Shown here piece after piece: positions 55,138 to 62,891 of a stretch of DNA of 64,000 bases. The position numbers were made by a program, and so were the translations under genes. This stretch comes from an uncultured Bacilli bacterium (GTDB lineage: Bacteria; Bacillota_I; Bacilli_A; RF39; UBA660), in the NCBI GenBank assembly GCA_934086145.1, contig CAKOHV010000004.1, positions 2,354-66,353 on the forward strand. The letters run 5' to 3'. Numbering within the stretch: position 1 is the stretch's first letter; each line of letters starts with the position of its first letter. The notes beneath the pieces are model-generated. The model was given only the letters and a program-made list of their open reading frames with translations. It did not search any database and had not been told where the DNA came from.

Positions 55138-57096
55138 TTATTTTAAATCGTATCGTTGTTTAAAAACTTCAATATATTTTCTTCTCATCACTGACAATAA
55201 TTGTGAAGCAACCTCGCAAGAAGATTCATTTAAAGTTAACAAAGTAGTATCTAATAAGATCATATCTCCCACACTTATATTAAATAATTCTTTTAATGCT
55301 TCAAGACATCTATTATATTCCTCTAAATTTTCAATATTTAAAAATTTTCTCTTTTCTAAAGCTAAACTTGAAAGGTAATCTCTTTTTAATGAAGTCAAAG
55401 GATCGGCATATGTTATAACTAAAAAATCGATTAAATCTTTAGACAACAAACGATATTCTTCTTTCAAATCTTGATATTGCTCATCATCCATATCTCCTCG
55501 AGCATACAAACGATAATTCCATATCTGTCTGTCATTTATGGAACGGTCAATCAATATAATTTCTTTATCAGAGCTAATAGCATTTTTTAACTGTTTCGTA
55601 ATTTCTTCGATAATAGCAACATTAAGGTCAACAGAATTTGCACCTTTATATTGTTCCTTAAATTCTTCTTTATAATATTTAGATGTAGTAAATTCATCAA
55701 CTATCGTTGTTTTAAAGCCACCTTTTTTTAAGAAATCATTTAAATTATTTATTATAGTAGTTTTCCCTGTTCTAGGTGTTCCACTAAACTCAATAACAAA
55801 AGGTTTTGATAATTTAACTAAGTTTTTCAATTTTTGTAATTCACTTTTTTGCGCATGAAGCCTTTTTAACGTTTCATAATATTTCTCATTATCCACAAAA
55901 ATAGTATTTTTCAAATACAAATCTTCTTTAGCATTAAAAACTACATCTAAAACATTTCTTAGTCTTTTAAAAATAGGAAGTTCTTCATCTTCATAAGCAA
56001 CTAAACTTTCATAGACACTTGTATAATACCACTTTTGTTGTTCTTCACCTCTTTTAAATGGTGAAAAATCTCTTTGACCACTTTTTTGAAATTTAATCAT
56101 TAAATCTTCAAGGTTATCTATTTTATCTGCACAAATAATCACCTTATTTCTTAATGATAATTTTTTTGTTTCACTAATAGTATGTTGCTTTCTCTCTTCC
56201 CAAGACAATGACTTATCAGGTTCAGAAGCTCCCTTAACTAAGTGCGCAACATCTTCTCCAAATTCTTCTTTTATATCATCAAAAGTATATTTGGTGTCTT
56301 CGATAACATCATGTAAATAACCAGCTACCACTACATTATCATCATAACCATACTCTTCTAATACCTTGCCCACACTAAATGGATGCATAATCATTGGTTT
56401 ATCTGGCTCCCCTTTTCTAATTTGTCCCCAATGAGCATTTATTACAAACAGTTTGGCTTTTTCTTTTAAATTCACAATGTGATTTACCTCCATGTATTTC
56501 TTAACAAAAGCCCACTTATCTTTTAAAATAGTATCAATATCTTTCTTAAACTGTTGATATTCTTCATCATAACAATAATGCTTAGCGTATCCACCTTTTC
56601 CATACTTTTCAAGTAAATGATTATAACAGCGTTTAATCATTTGAATCAAATCAAAATCTGGATAATGTTTTAAACTATAAGCATGAGTTCTTTTCAAGAC
56701 CATTTCAATACTAGTGGTTCTATCTGCTGAAGAAATAATTTTACCATAAGTACTTCTTGGTTCATATTCTAATGATGCACGATGATCCTCTATTGCTTCT
56801 TTGATAATTTTTCTTTGTTCATCATCAAAGAAATCTTTCATTTTGTTATTTTCATAAAACATCTTTGCTGACAACACTTCATGATTATCTTTATCTATAT
56901 AATGGGCAATATCATGAAATGATGCAATAGCATATACCATGTCAAGATTTATATCAGGAAACTGTTCAGCAAACTTCAAACTTCTTGTAACAACATACTG
57001 AATATGTTCTATTCCATGACCCGCATCATTCTTTTCATACACCGGTAATATTTCTTGTTCAATGTACTCTTTTAATTTTTTATTAATCCTTTTCAT
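55138..57096 (-). CDS. Triple-domain protein: HD phosphohydrolase + RelA/SpoT-type (p)ppGpp-hydrolase HD domain + P-loop kinase/NTPase-like domain
   Basis: RBS GGTGGTG. Domain 1: GHGIEHIQ...ASFHDIAHY. Domain 2: AHWGQIRKGEPDKPMIMHPFSVGKVLEE...AGYLHDVIEDT...ADKIDNL. Domain 3: Walker A FSGTPRTGKTT and Walker B-like EIILIDRS. No alarmone synthetase domain is present. Confidence 0.7.
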   Translation of the reverse strand: MKRINKKLKEYIEQEILPVYEKNDAGHGIEHIQYVVTRSLKFAEQFPDINLDMVYAIASFHDIAHYIDKDNHEVLSAKMFYENNKMKDFFDDEQRKIIKEAIEDHRASLEYEPRSTYGKIISSADRTTSIEMVLKRTHAYSLKHYPDFDLIQMIKRCYNHLLEKYGKGGYAKHYCYDEEYQQFKKDIDTILKDKWAFVKKYMEVNHIVNLKEKAKLFVINAHWGQIRKGEPDKPMIMHPFSVGKVLEEYGYDDNVVVAGYLHDVIEDTKYTFDDIKEEFGEDVAHLVKGASEPDKSLSWEERKQHTISETKKLSLRNKVIICADKIDNLEDLMIKFQKSGQRDFSPFKRGEEQQKWYYTSVYESLVAYEDEELPIFKRLRNVLDVVFNAKEDLYLKNTIFVDNEKYYETLKRLHAQKSELQKLKNLVKLSKPFVIEFSGTPRTGKTTIINNLNDFLKKGGFKTTIVDEFTTSKYYKEEFKEQYKGANSVDLNVAIIEEITKQLKNAISSDKEIILIDRSINDRQIWNYRLYARGDMDDEQYQDLKEEYRLLSKDLIDFLVITYADPLTSLKRDYLSSLALEKRKFLNIENLEEYNRCLEALKELFNISVGDMILLDTTLLTLNESSCEVASQLLSVMRRKYIEVFKQRYDLK

Positions 57097-57315
57097 ACAA
57101 CACCACCATTCTATTTAAAATATATCATATAATACTACATTCGCCTAGATTACGTTTTAAAAACTTTAAAAATTACCTTCAAACTAAATTCAATATACCT
57201 TTTATTTTGAATAATTTAAGTTAATAAGTTTTTACTCATTAAACAAAATCAATTATATTTTGCTTGGCTTAACAACTTAGTAACTTTATTTGCTTACTAT
57301 ATTAATTTTCGCCAT

Positions 57316-57352
57316 ATAAAAAGACAATTCCTTTAATTAAAATTGTCTTTTT
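57316..57352 (-). terminator. Intrinsic terminator after the DUF2207 gene
   Basis: On the minus strand: AAAGACAATT-ttaattaaagg-AATTGTCTTT followed by TTAT. Confidence 0.45.
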
Positions 57353-57362
57353 ATAAATTATC

Positions 57363-59747
57363 TTACCAAGAGCTACCTCCGCCGCCACCAGAGCCACCGC
57401 CAGAGAATCCTCCTCCTGAAGAACCTCCACCACTAGAACTACTAGACGGACTAGAAGACATTGCACTTTGTGCTGATGACATTGTCGAATCCATAAAATT
57501 ACCAAATGAAACAACATCAAAAGCATTATTACTATCATACCAGCTTGGTGCTTGTAAAGCTATTGACTCAAATTTTTTAATCCATTTATCAGATACTCCT
57601 AAAACATAGGTAAAGGGAAGAATATCATAAAAATATGTTGGATTTTCCATTACCATTGCTTCTAGTTTTTCTTTTTCAGCTGTTTCTAAGAAATTTTTAA
57701 ATCCTCTTAATTTACCTAACACTTCATTTCCATACTTTGTTCTTTTAGGCATCAACTTAAGGAAAACAATCATTCCTATTAAACATAATAGACCTACAAT
57801 AACTCCTATTAAATATATTCGTTCATTAAGTATTGCTTTAGTAATTGGTAACGTCCTAAAGAACATTGAAGAATGAAATGCCGTAAACCCTAACCAAACA
57901 ATTCTAAAAAGAATAGGCATTCCCGGGAAAAATATTCCAATCCCAAAGAATAATGCATAGAAAGCACATAGAAACAACGTACTTCCAACTTCTCCCATTC
58001 CTCCATAATCGATAGTCGGAATACTAACCACGATTATAAGTGAGATAACCATTAACAATCCTACTAAGACAGATGGCCAAAAAGTACTTCCTTCAAAAAT
58101 TTTCTTTTTGTTTAATTTGTCATTCATATTTTCTAATATTCTATTCATTGTAATGTAAAAGTTATCATACAAATCCATTGAAGTAACAGAAACAGTATTA
58201 AAATTATCTGACATCTCTGATCCTGATTCTGAATAATCAGTTTTTCCTTCACTATCTTTAGTTTGTGTTACTATTTTTTTAAACACATCAAGAGGCCTTA
58301 TATGTGCCCTTGAAAATAACCCATTTAGAAATAATTGTTCATTAACGTTATTTCCATCATATTCTTTTAGTTTTGTTATACAAAAATTCTTAAATTTAAA
58401 GGCTAAAACCTTTTCTTCCAGTTCAGAAATTTTTATATACCCTTTATTAGCTAAATATACCATAAGTGATGTAACATCTCGATTATCAGCTTTTCCTTTA
58501 TATAAAAAGCCTACTTCTAAACTATTAAAGCCTTCAGGTGGATAAAATTCAACTGTTTCAACTACTTGATCATCACGACCAAATATCCACCATAAAATAA
58601 AGGCAATTAATAAACCTAGGATTGGTACGATAAACATTACATAAACTGATGGTCCTATCTTAAATCCAGCCCCTACAAAGTATCCTTCTGGTAATTCACA
58701 TCTAATAGTTAAGGCTTCTTCTTCATCAAGAATTCCTTTATAACTACCAGTTATTGTCTTTTCACTAACTTGATAATCTATTTTACTATTATCCGTTGAA
58801 CCAGTCGTCCCTGATGAAAAACCTAACTTACTTGAATCAAATTCTTTCGGCATAGTAATCGTAAAAGTTACATTACCTATTGCTGTATCCCATTTATCCC
58901 CAATTATATTGTAATATAATTCATCATAATCTTTTACGGGATCTTTTCCAATATTATAAGTATACTTTATTATATATTTTTGTTCACCAGTCAAGGTTTT
59001 ATCAGCTGATCCAATTTTTAAATTATAGTTACCATCTTCTTTAGTTGTTGTATAATCTGTATTAACATTAACATTAGTAATTTGTACACGATTAGATGAT
59101 TTTGACCCATCTAATCTAGTAATATCATTTTTTAATGGAATACTTCTAATTATTCCATGTTTTGCTTTATTAAAATAAGCCGTAATTGTTTCCGTTACAT
59201 CAAAAGTATTATTTTCATTAACTATTATCTTTATATCATAACTATCAATAACATAATCATAAGAACTATATTCACTATTTTTACTAGGAGTTAAACTTGC
59301 TACATCTTCTTTAACTATCATATTATCATTAATATTAATAACTAAATTATAGTAAGCAATCTCACTAACATTATGTTCTCCTAAAATACTTAGATTAGAC
59401 ATTTGACTAAATTCATTAATTCCTGCTAGAGCTTTCCCTGGCTTAACACTTTGAGCTACTAAGTTATAGTTATAATCATAATAATATATTGTTGCATCAT
59501 AATATATCGGTGTCCCAAAATCATTTTTTATCATTCCACTTAGACCGAAAGACTGTGTTGAAGTAGTTGAATAATCTCTGAAAGTAAGTTCAAAGAAATT
59601 TATTTTTTCTATTTCTAAGTTTTTAGTGTTACTGATATTTACATAAGAAGTTTCACCATTTAAAGCACAAGCATTTAATGGAAATATAAAAACTAAAGAT
59701 AGAACAATTGCCATAAATAAGGATAGTTCCTTAATAATTTTTTTCAT
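57363..59747 (-). CDS. DUF2207-family membrane protein with Gly/Ser-rich C-terminal tail
   Basis: Signal peptide, large extracytoplasmic N-terminal region, several TM segments and the C-terminal tail SSSSSGGGSSGGGFSGGGSGGGGGSSW, typical of DUF2207. ATG 59747 with RBS GGAGGA. Confidence 0.8.
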   Translation of the reverse strand: MKKIIKELSLFMAIVLSLVFIFPLNACALNGETSYVNISNTKNLEIEKINFFELTFRDYSTTSTQSFGLSGMIKNDFGTPIYYDATIYYYDYNYNLVAQSVKPGKALAGINEFSQMSNLSILGEHNVSEIAYYNLVININDNMIVKEDVASLTPSKNSEYSSYDYVIDSYDIKIIVNENNTFDVTETITAYFNKAKHGIIRSIPLKNDITRLDGSKSSNRVQITNVNVNTDYTTTKEDGNYNLKIGSADKTLTGEQKYIIKYTYNIGKDPVKDYDELYYNIIGDKWDTAIGNVTFTITMPKEFDSSKLGFSSGTTGSTDNSKIDYQVSEKTITGSYKGILDEEEALTIRCELPEGYFVGAGFKIGPSVYVMFIVPILGLLIAFILWWIFGRDDQVVETVEFYPPEGFNSLEVGFLYKGKADNRDVTSLMVYLANKGYIKISELEEKVLAFKFKNFCITKLKEYDGNNVNEQLFLNGLFSRAHIRPLDVFKKIVTQTKDSEGKTDYSESGSEMSDNFNTVSVTSMDLYDNFYITMNRILENMNDKLNKKKIFEGSTFWPSVLVGLLMVISLIIVVSIPTIDYGGMGEVGSTLFLCAFYALFFGIGIFFPGMPILFRIVWLGFTAFHSSMFFRTLPITKAILNERIYLIGVIVGLLCLIGMIVFLKLMPKRTKYGNEVLGKLRGFKNFLETAEKEKLEAMVMENPTYFYDILPFTYVLGVSDKWIKKFESIALQAPSWYDSNNAFDVVSFGNFMDSTMSSAQSAMSSSPSSSSSGGGSSGGGFSGGGSGGGGGSSW

Positions 59748-59761
59748 GTATCCTCCATAAA

Positions 59762-60310
59762 TCATAGTTCAATTTTGACATTTTCTTTTTCATTAGTACT
59801 TGCTTCAAACATTGCCTTGGCTTTATAGCCAAATAAGCCTGCAAAAATATTACTTGGAAACATTTCTATTTTGTTATTGTATTGTCTAACAACACCATTA
59901 TAATATTTTCTTGAATTAGCAATATCATCTTCAATTTTAGTTAATTTGTTACTTAAATCTTTAAAGTTTTCATTGGCTTTTAACTCCGGATAAGCCTCGG
60001 CTAAAGCCATAATTTTATTAACACTACGGAATACTTGTTCATTTGTTTTGATTTTTTCATCATCTGACATTTGATCATAAGTACTATTTCTTAAATTAAC
60101 CAGATCCTTTAAAGCATCTTTTTCATACTTTGAATATCCTTTTACCGTTTCGACAATGTTTGGAATTAAATCCCATCTTTTCTTTAAATAAACATCCATT
60201 GTTGAAAAGGCTTCTTTGACTTTATTATTTAATTTGACAAAACTATTGTATAAAACTAAAGCATAAATAACAATAAAAATAACTACTGCAATAATAATAT
60301 AAACCCACAT
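59762..60310 (-). CDS. lemA: LemA family protein
   Basis: 182 aa with an N-terminal TM. YNSFVKLNNKVKEAFSTMDVYLKKRWDLIPN...RKYYNGVVRQYNNKIEMFPSNIFAGLFG is the canonical LemA signature. Confidence 0.9.
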   Translation of the reverse strand: MWVYIIIAVVIFIVIYALVLYNSFVKLNNKVKEAFSTMDVYLKKRWDLIPNIVETVKGYSKYEKDALKDLVNLRNSTYDQMSDDEKIKTNEQVFRSVNKIMALAEAYPELKANENFKDLSNKLTKIEDDIANSRKYYNGVVRQYNNKIEMFPSNIFAGLFGYKAKAMFEASTNEKENVKIEL

Positions 60311-60546
60311 ATTCTCACCTCCTATTATAATTTCTATTTTATCATACTTTCATTACTTGATATATATTATCAATTTACTTTTTTACATATCTAATTTTTT
60401 TTCATACCTAAGTAATCTATTTTTTAACAAGCCTTTTTACTCTAAATAACTTAATAAAAAAAAAGTAACAATCAATCACCTTTCCGTAATTAATCATTAC
60501 ATGTTTTCTTTAATTTAAAGTGTATCCAATATTTTAGAATATTCCT

Positions 60547-60831
60547 TTATATAATCTCTTCAATTATTTTTATTTTTTTATTAATAATAGCCAGTTCTTC
60601 TTTTGTAGCAATATAATTTATGTAAATACTAAATAACATTTCTTTAGCTTCATCACTTATATCCTGTTTTAAAATACTTTTAGAATAATCATATTTAAAA
60701 AGATATTTATCTAACTTAGCATTTTTTATTTCATTCATGATATCAGAAGGAATATTTTTTTTCTTATCTTCTGGTAAGACACTAATTATGGCGTTTATTT
60801 GAATTAAGGCTTTTGTTCTTTCATCATTCAT
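60547..60831 (-). CDS. Small (94-aa) hypothetical helical protein coupled to the upstream transglutaminase-like gene
   Basis: The ATG lies 3 nt after the stop of the 60835-62445 gene. K/E/I-rich, with no TM and no recognisable motif. Confidence 0.5.
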   Translation of the reverse strand: MNDERTKALIQINAIISVLPEDKKKNIPSDIMNEIKNAKLDKYLFKYDYSKSILKQDISDEAKEMLFSIYINYIATKEELAIINKKIKIIEEII

Positions 60832-60834
60832 TTT

Positions 60835-62445
60835 TTATTTTCCTTTCTTACCTAATAATAAACTATTTATTTGGTCATTTTTTTCTTTATTTTTTAATAA
60901 AAAGGCTAATAACTGTCTATTATTTGAAGCAAAAGCAACTAAATCTTTAAATAATGATTCTGATATTTCTGAAGAATTTAAATCAACATTTGCCCAATCC
61001 GTAACTTTAGACCAATCGGTAGCTAATAAATTTAATTGTTGAACCAACGTTATACTATCGCCTAATTCAATATTTTCTTCTATTTTATGGTGCTTCAATT
61101 TATCGAATTTTCTTGTTCCATCAGGTTCCTTACCAGCCAAAAAGGTGTCTATTCCCATTATATCTGATACTGCCAATTCATCTCTATACCAAGTAAAATC
61201 ATCTTCATACCATGTATTATCTAAATTTAAATAATTCCAAGCATGTTCTTGATCGACTGCAATGATTGATTTAGATTGAATTCCAAAGTAAAGGGTTAAC
61301 GTATTTATAATAGTTGAAAAGCCTTTACATACTGTTGCCCCAACTAAAAGTCCTTTCATATTTTGCGATGCAGCTATCCTTTCATATGATTTAGTATCAT
61401 AAAAATCAATTTTATCTTTATTATTCATCAAGTTCAACGCATCATAATCATACTTTATATATTCAAACAGATTATTAACTATTTGTGCATAAATTATTTT
61501 TTCTCGATTTTTCAATTCTTTAGGAGGAATAACAACTTTATTTACTATTTCTAAAATGATTTCTTTAATAGCAATAATTTCTTCTTTATTATACATGTAA
61601 CCATTTTTTCTTCCAGCCTGATTAACATATTCATAACCTTCAAATTTTAAATAGTCAGTCCCTAAAAAAACTCTTTCACCATCTAACAAATATTCTGGAT
61701 TTACCTGAAAAATTGTATCATATAAATATACTCCATTCTCGTATATATACCCATCAGGATTATCGATATCTAAAAGTTCTCCAGTTTGTAATATTCTTAA
61801 ATCATTAGCATTTGCATCAATTATTTCAAAATACATTTTTTTATTACGACGCGAAATAATTTTCCAAGCATTACTACCATCACATCTTGCCACTAGAAAC
61901 ACCATGTTTGTCTTATCACTTTTTAAAATTATTCCACTTGGTAATACAATCTGTTCAATATTGTTACTAAAAGTCAATTTTTTTATCTTGCTATTCAAAG
62001 GAACAATTATTCTTTTTATCACATTATATTCATCTATTTTCAGTTCTTCAATTTTAGGCGGAATAACAAATTCTTCCGTAAATAACATACACCCTGTACA
62101 ATCCATCTCACTAACTTGAGTATTCTTTCCAAATCTTACTTCATATAACCGATCGCCAAAAGCATGACCATCAATTTTCTCTACTGAATCTGGTATTAAA
62201 ATCTCATTTGTTATTCTTATTCCCATAATTGAACCAAATTCTATTCTTTTTAATTTACTTCCCTCTTCAAATCTTAAAGTAAAAGTCGTTCGATCAAAAA
62301 ATCCTTCTTCAAAATCATTTTCTAAATAAAAGCTATTAAAAGCAAGGGTTTTAATTACTTCTGCTTCCTTAGGAATGACTATATCTGTTCCATAATTTTT
62401 TATATAATTAATTACCCAATCCTTCGTTATATTCAAAATAATCAC
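60835..62445 (-). CDS. BspA-type LRR-like N-terminal region + transglutaminase-like (Cys-His-Asp) domain protein
   Basis: Cys in GATVCKGFSTIINTL, His in QEHAWNYL and Asp in WYEDDFTW. The N-terminal ~180 aa has repeated IP..V..I....F units. No signal peptide was seen. The start codon is uncertain (GTG 62445 abuts GGAG; TTG 62436 is an alternative). Confidence 0.6.
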   Translation of the reverse strand: MIILNITKDWVINYIKNYGTDIVIPKEAEVIKTLAFNSFYLENDFEEGFFDRTTFTLRFEEGSKLKRIEFGSIMGIRITNEILIPDSVEKIDGHAFGDRLYEVRFGKNTQVSEMDCTGCMLFTEEFVIPPKIEELKIDEYNVIKRIIVPLNSKIKKLTFSNNIEQIVLPSGIILKSDKTNMVFLVARCDGSNAWKIISRRNKKMYFEIIDANANDLRILQTGELLDIDNPDGYIYENGVYLYDTIFQVNPEYLLDGERVFLGTDYLKFEGYEYVNQAGRKNGYMYNKEEIIAIKEIILEIVNKVVIPPKELKNREKIIYAQIVNNLFEYIKYDYDALNLMNNKDKIDFYDTKSYERIAASQNMKGLLVGATVCKGFSTIINTLTLYFGIQSKSIIAVDQEHAWNYLNLDNTWYEDDFTWYRDELAVSDIMGIDTFLAGKEPDGTRKFDKLKHHKIEENIELGDSITLVQQLNLLATDWSKVTDWANVDLNSSEISESLFKDLVAFASNNRQLLAFLLKNKEKNDQINSLLLGKKGK

Positions 62446-62666
62446 TCCGTTTTCCCTAAATATATTGGTATTCTAGCATAAATTCTAACAATGACCAAAT
62501 ATACCTTCCAAATTTTCTGCTTTGTATTTCATAAATGCAAAAAAGCCTACACCTTATGTAAGCCTACTAAATGTTTAACAAGGAAAATAACCCAAACAAT
62601 GATTTTATTCCTATTTTGTACCTTAAATTTTCCCCCAAAAAGTCTTATAGTGCTAATACTTTTTTA

Positions 62667-62891
62667 CTATTTCATTTTTTCTGAATCAATCAATTCTAAA
62701 TAAATACTTTTTAAATCATTTTCTGGAATCTCAAGTTCCCTTAAAAGAGCATACGCTGTTTCAATATTTATCTTAAAAAAGCATTGTTTATCATTTAACA
62801 TTTTTTTAATTAATAAATGTTTTGCTCTCTTTTCTTCATCTAAAGTTTGACTAATTATCTTATCATTAATAACGATTAATTTATCTATCAT
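62667..62891 (-). CDS. Small (74-aa) hypothetical helical protein coupled to the upstream transglutaminase-like gene
   Basis: The start overlaps the upstream stop (ATGA at 62888-62891). No recognisable motif. Confidence 0.5.
   Translation of the reverse strand: MIDKLIVINDKIISQTLDEEKRAKHLLIKKMLNDKQCFFKINIETAYALLRELEIPENDLKSIYLELIDSEKMK

Noticed and set aside
49001-57362. Integrated mobile island at tRNA-Gly, defined by a direct repeat of the tRNA 3' end (attL/attR).
   Set aside because: I scanned the intergenic regions at 52.3-52.8, 54.0-54.2, 55.0-55.1, 57.1-57.4 and 60.3-60.5 kb by eye. I found no copy of TTCGATTCTCCTCACTTGCTCCA or a substantial part of it, and no integrase gene is present. 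Island status is kept only as a hypothesis in the findings.
62530-62570. Possible terminator hairpin after the 74-aa gene, around aaaaaagcctacaccttatgtaagcctac.
   Set aside because: The two GCCTAC units are direct repeats, not inverted, so no stem can form.
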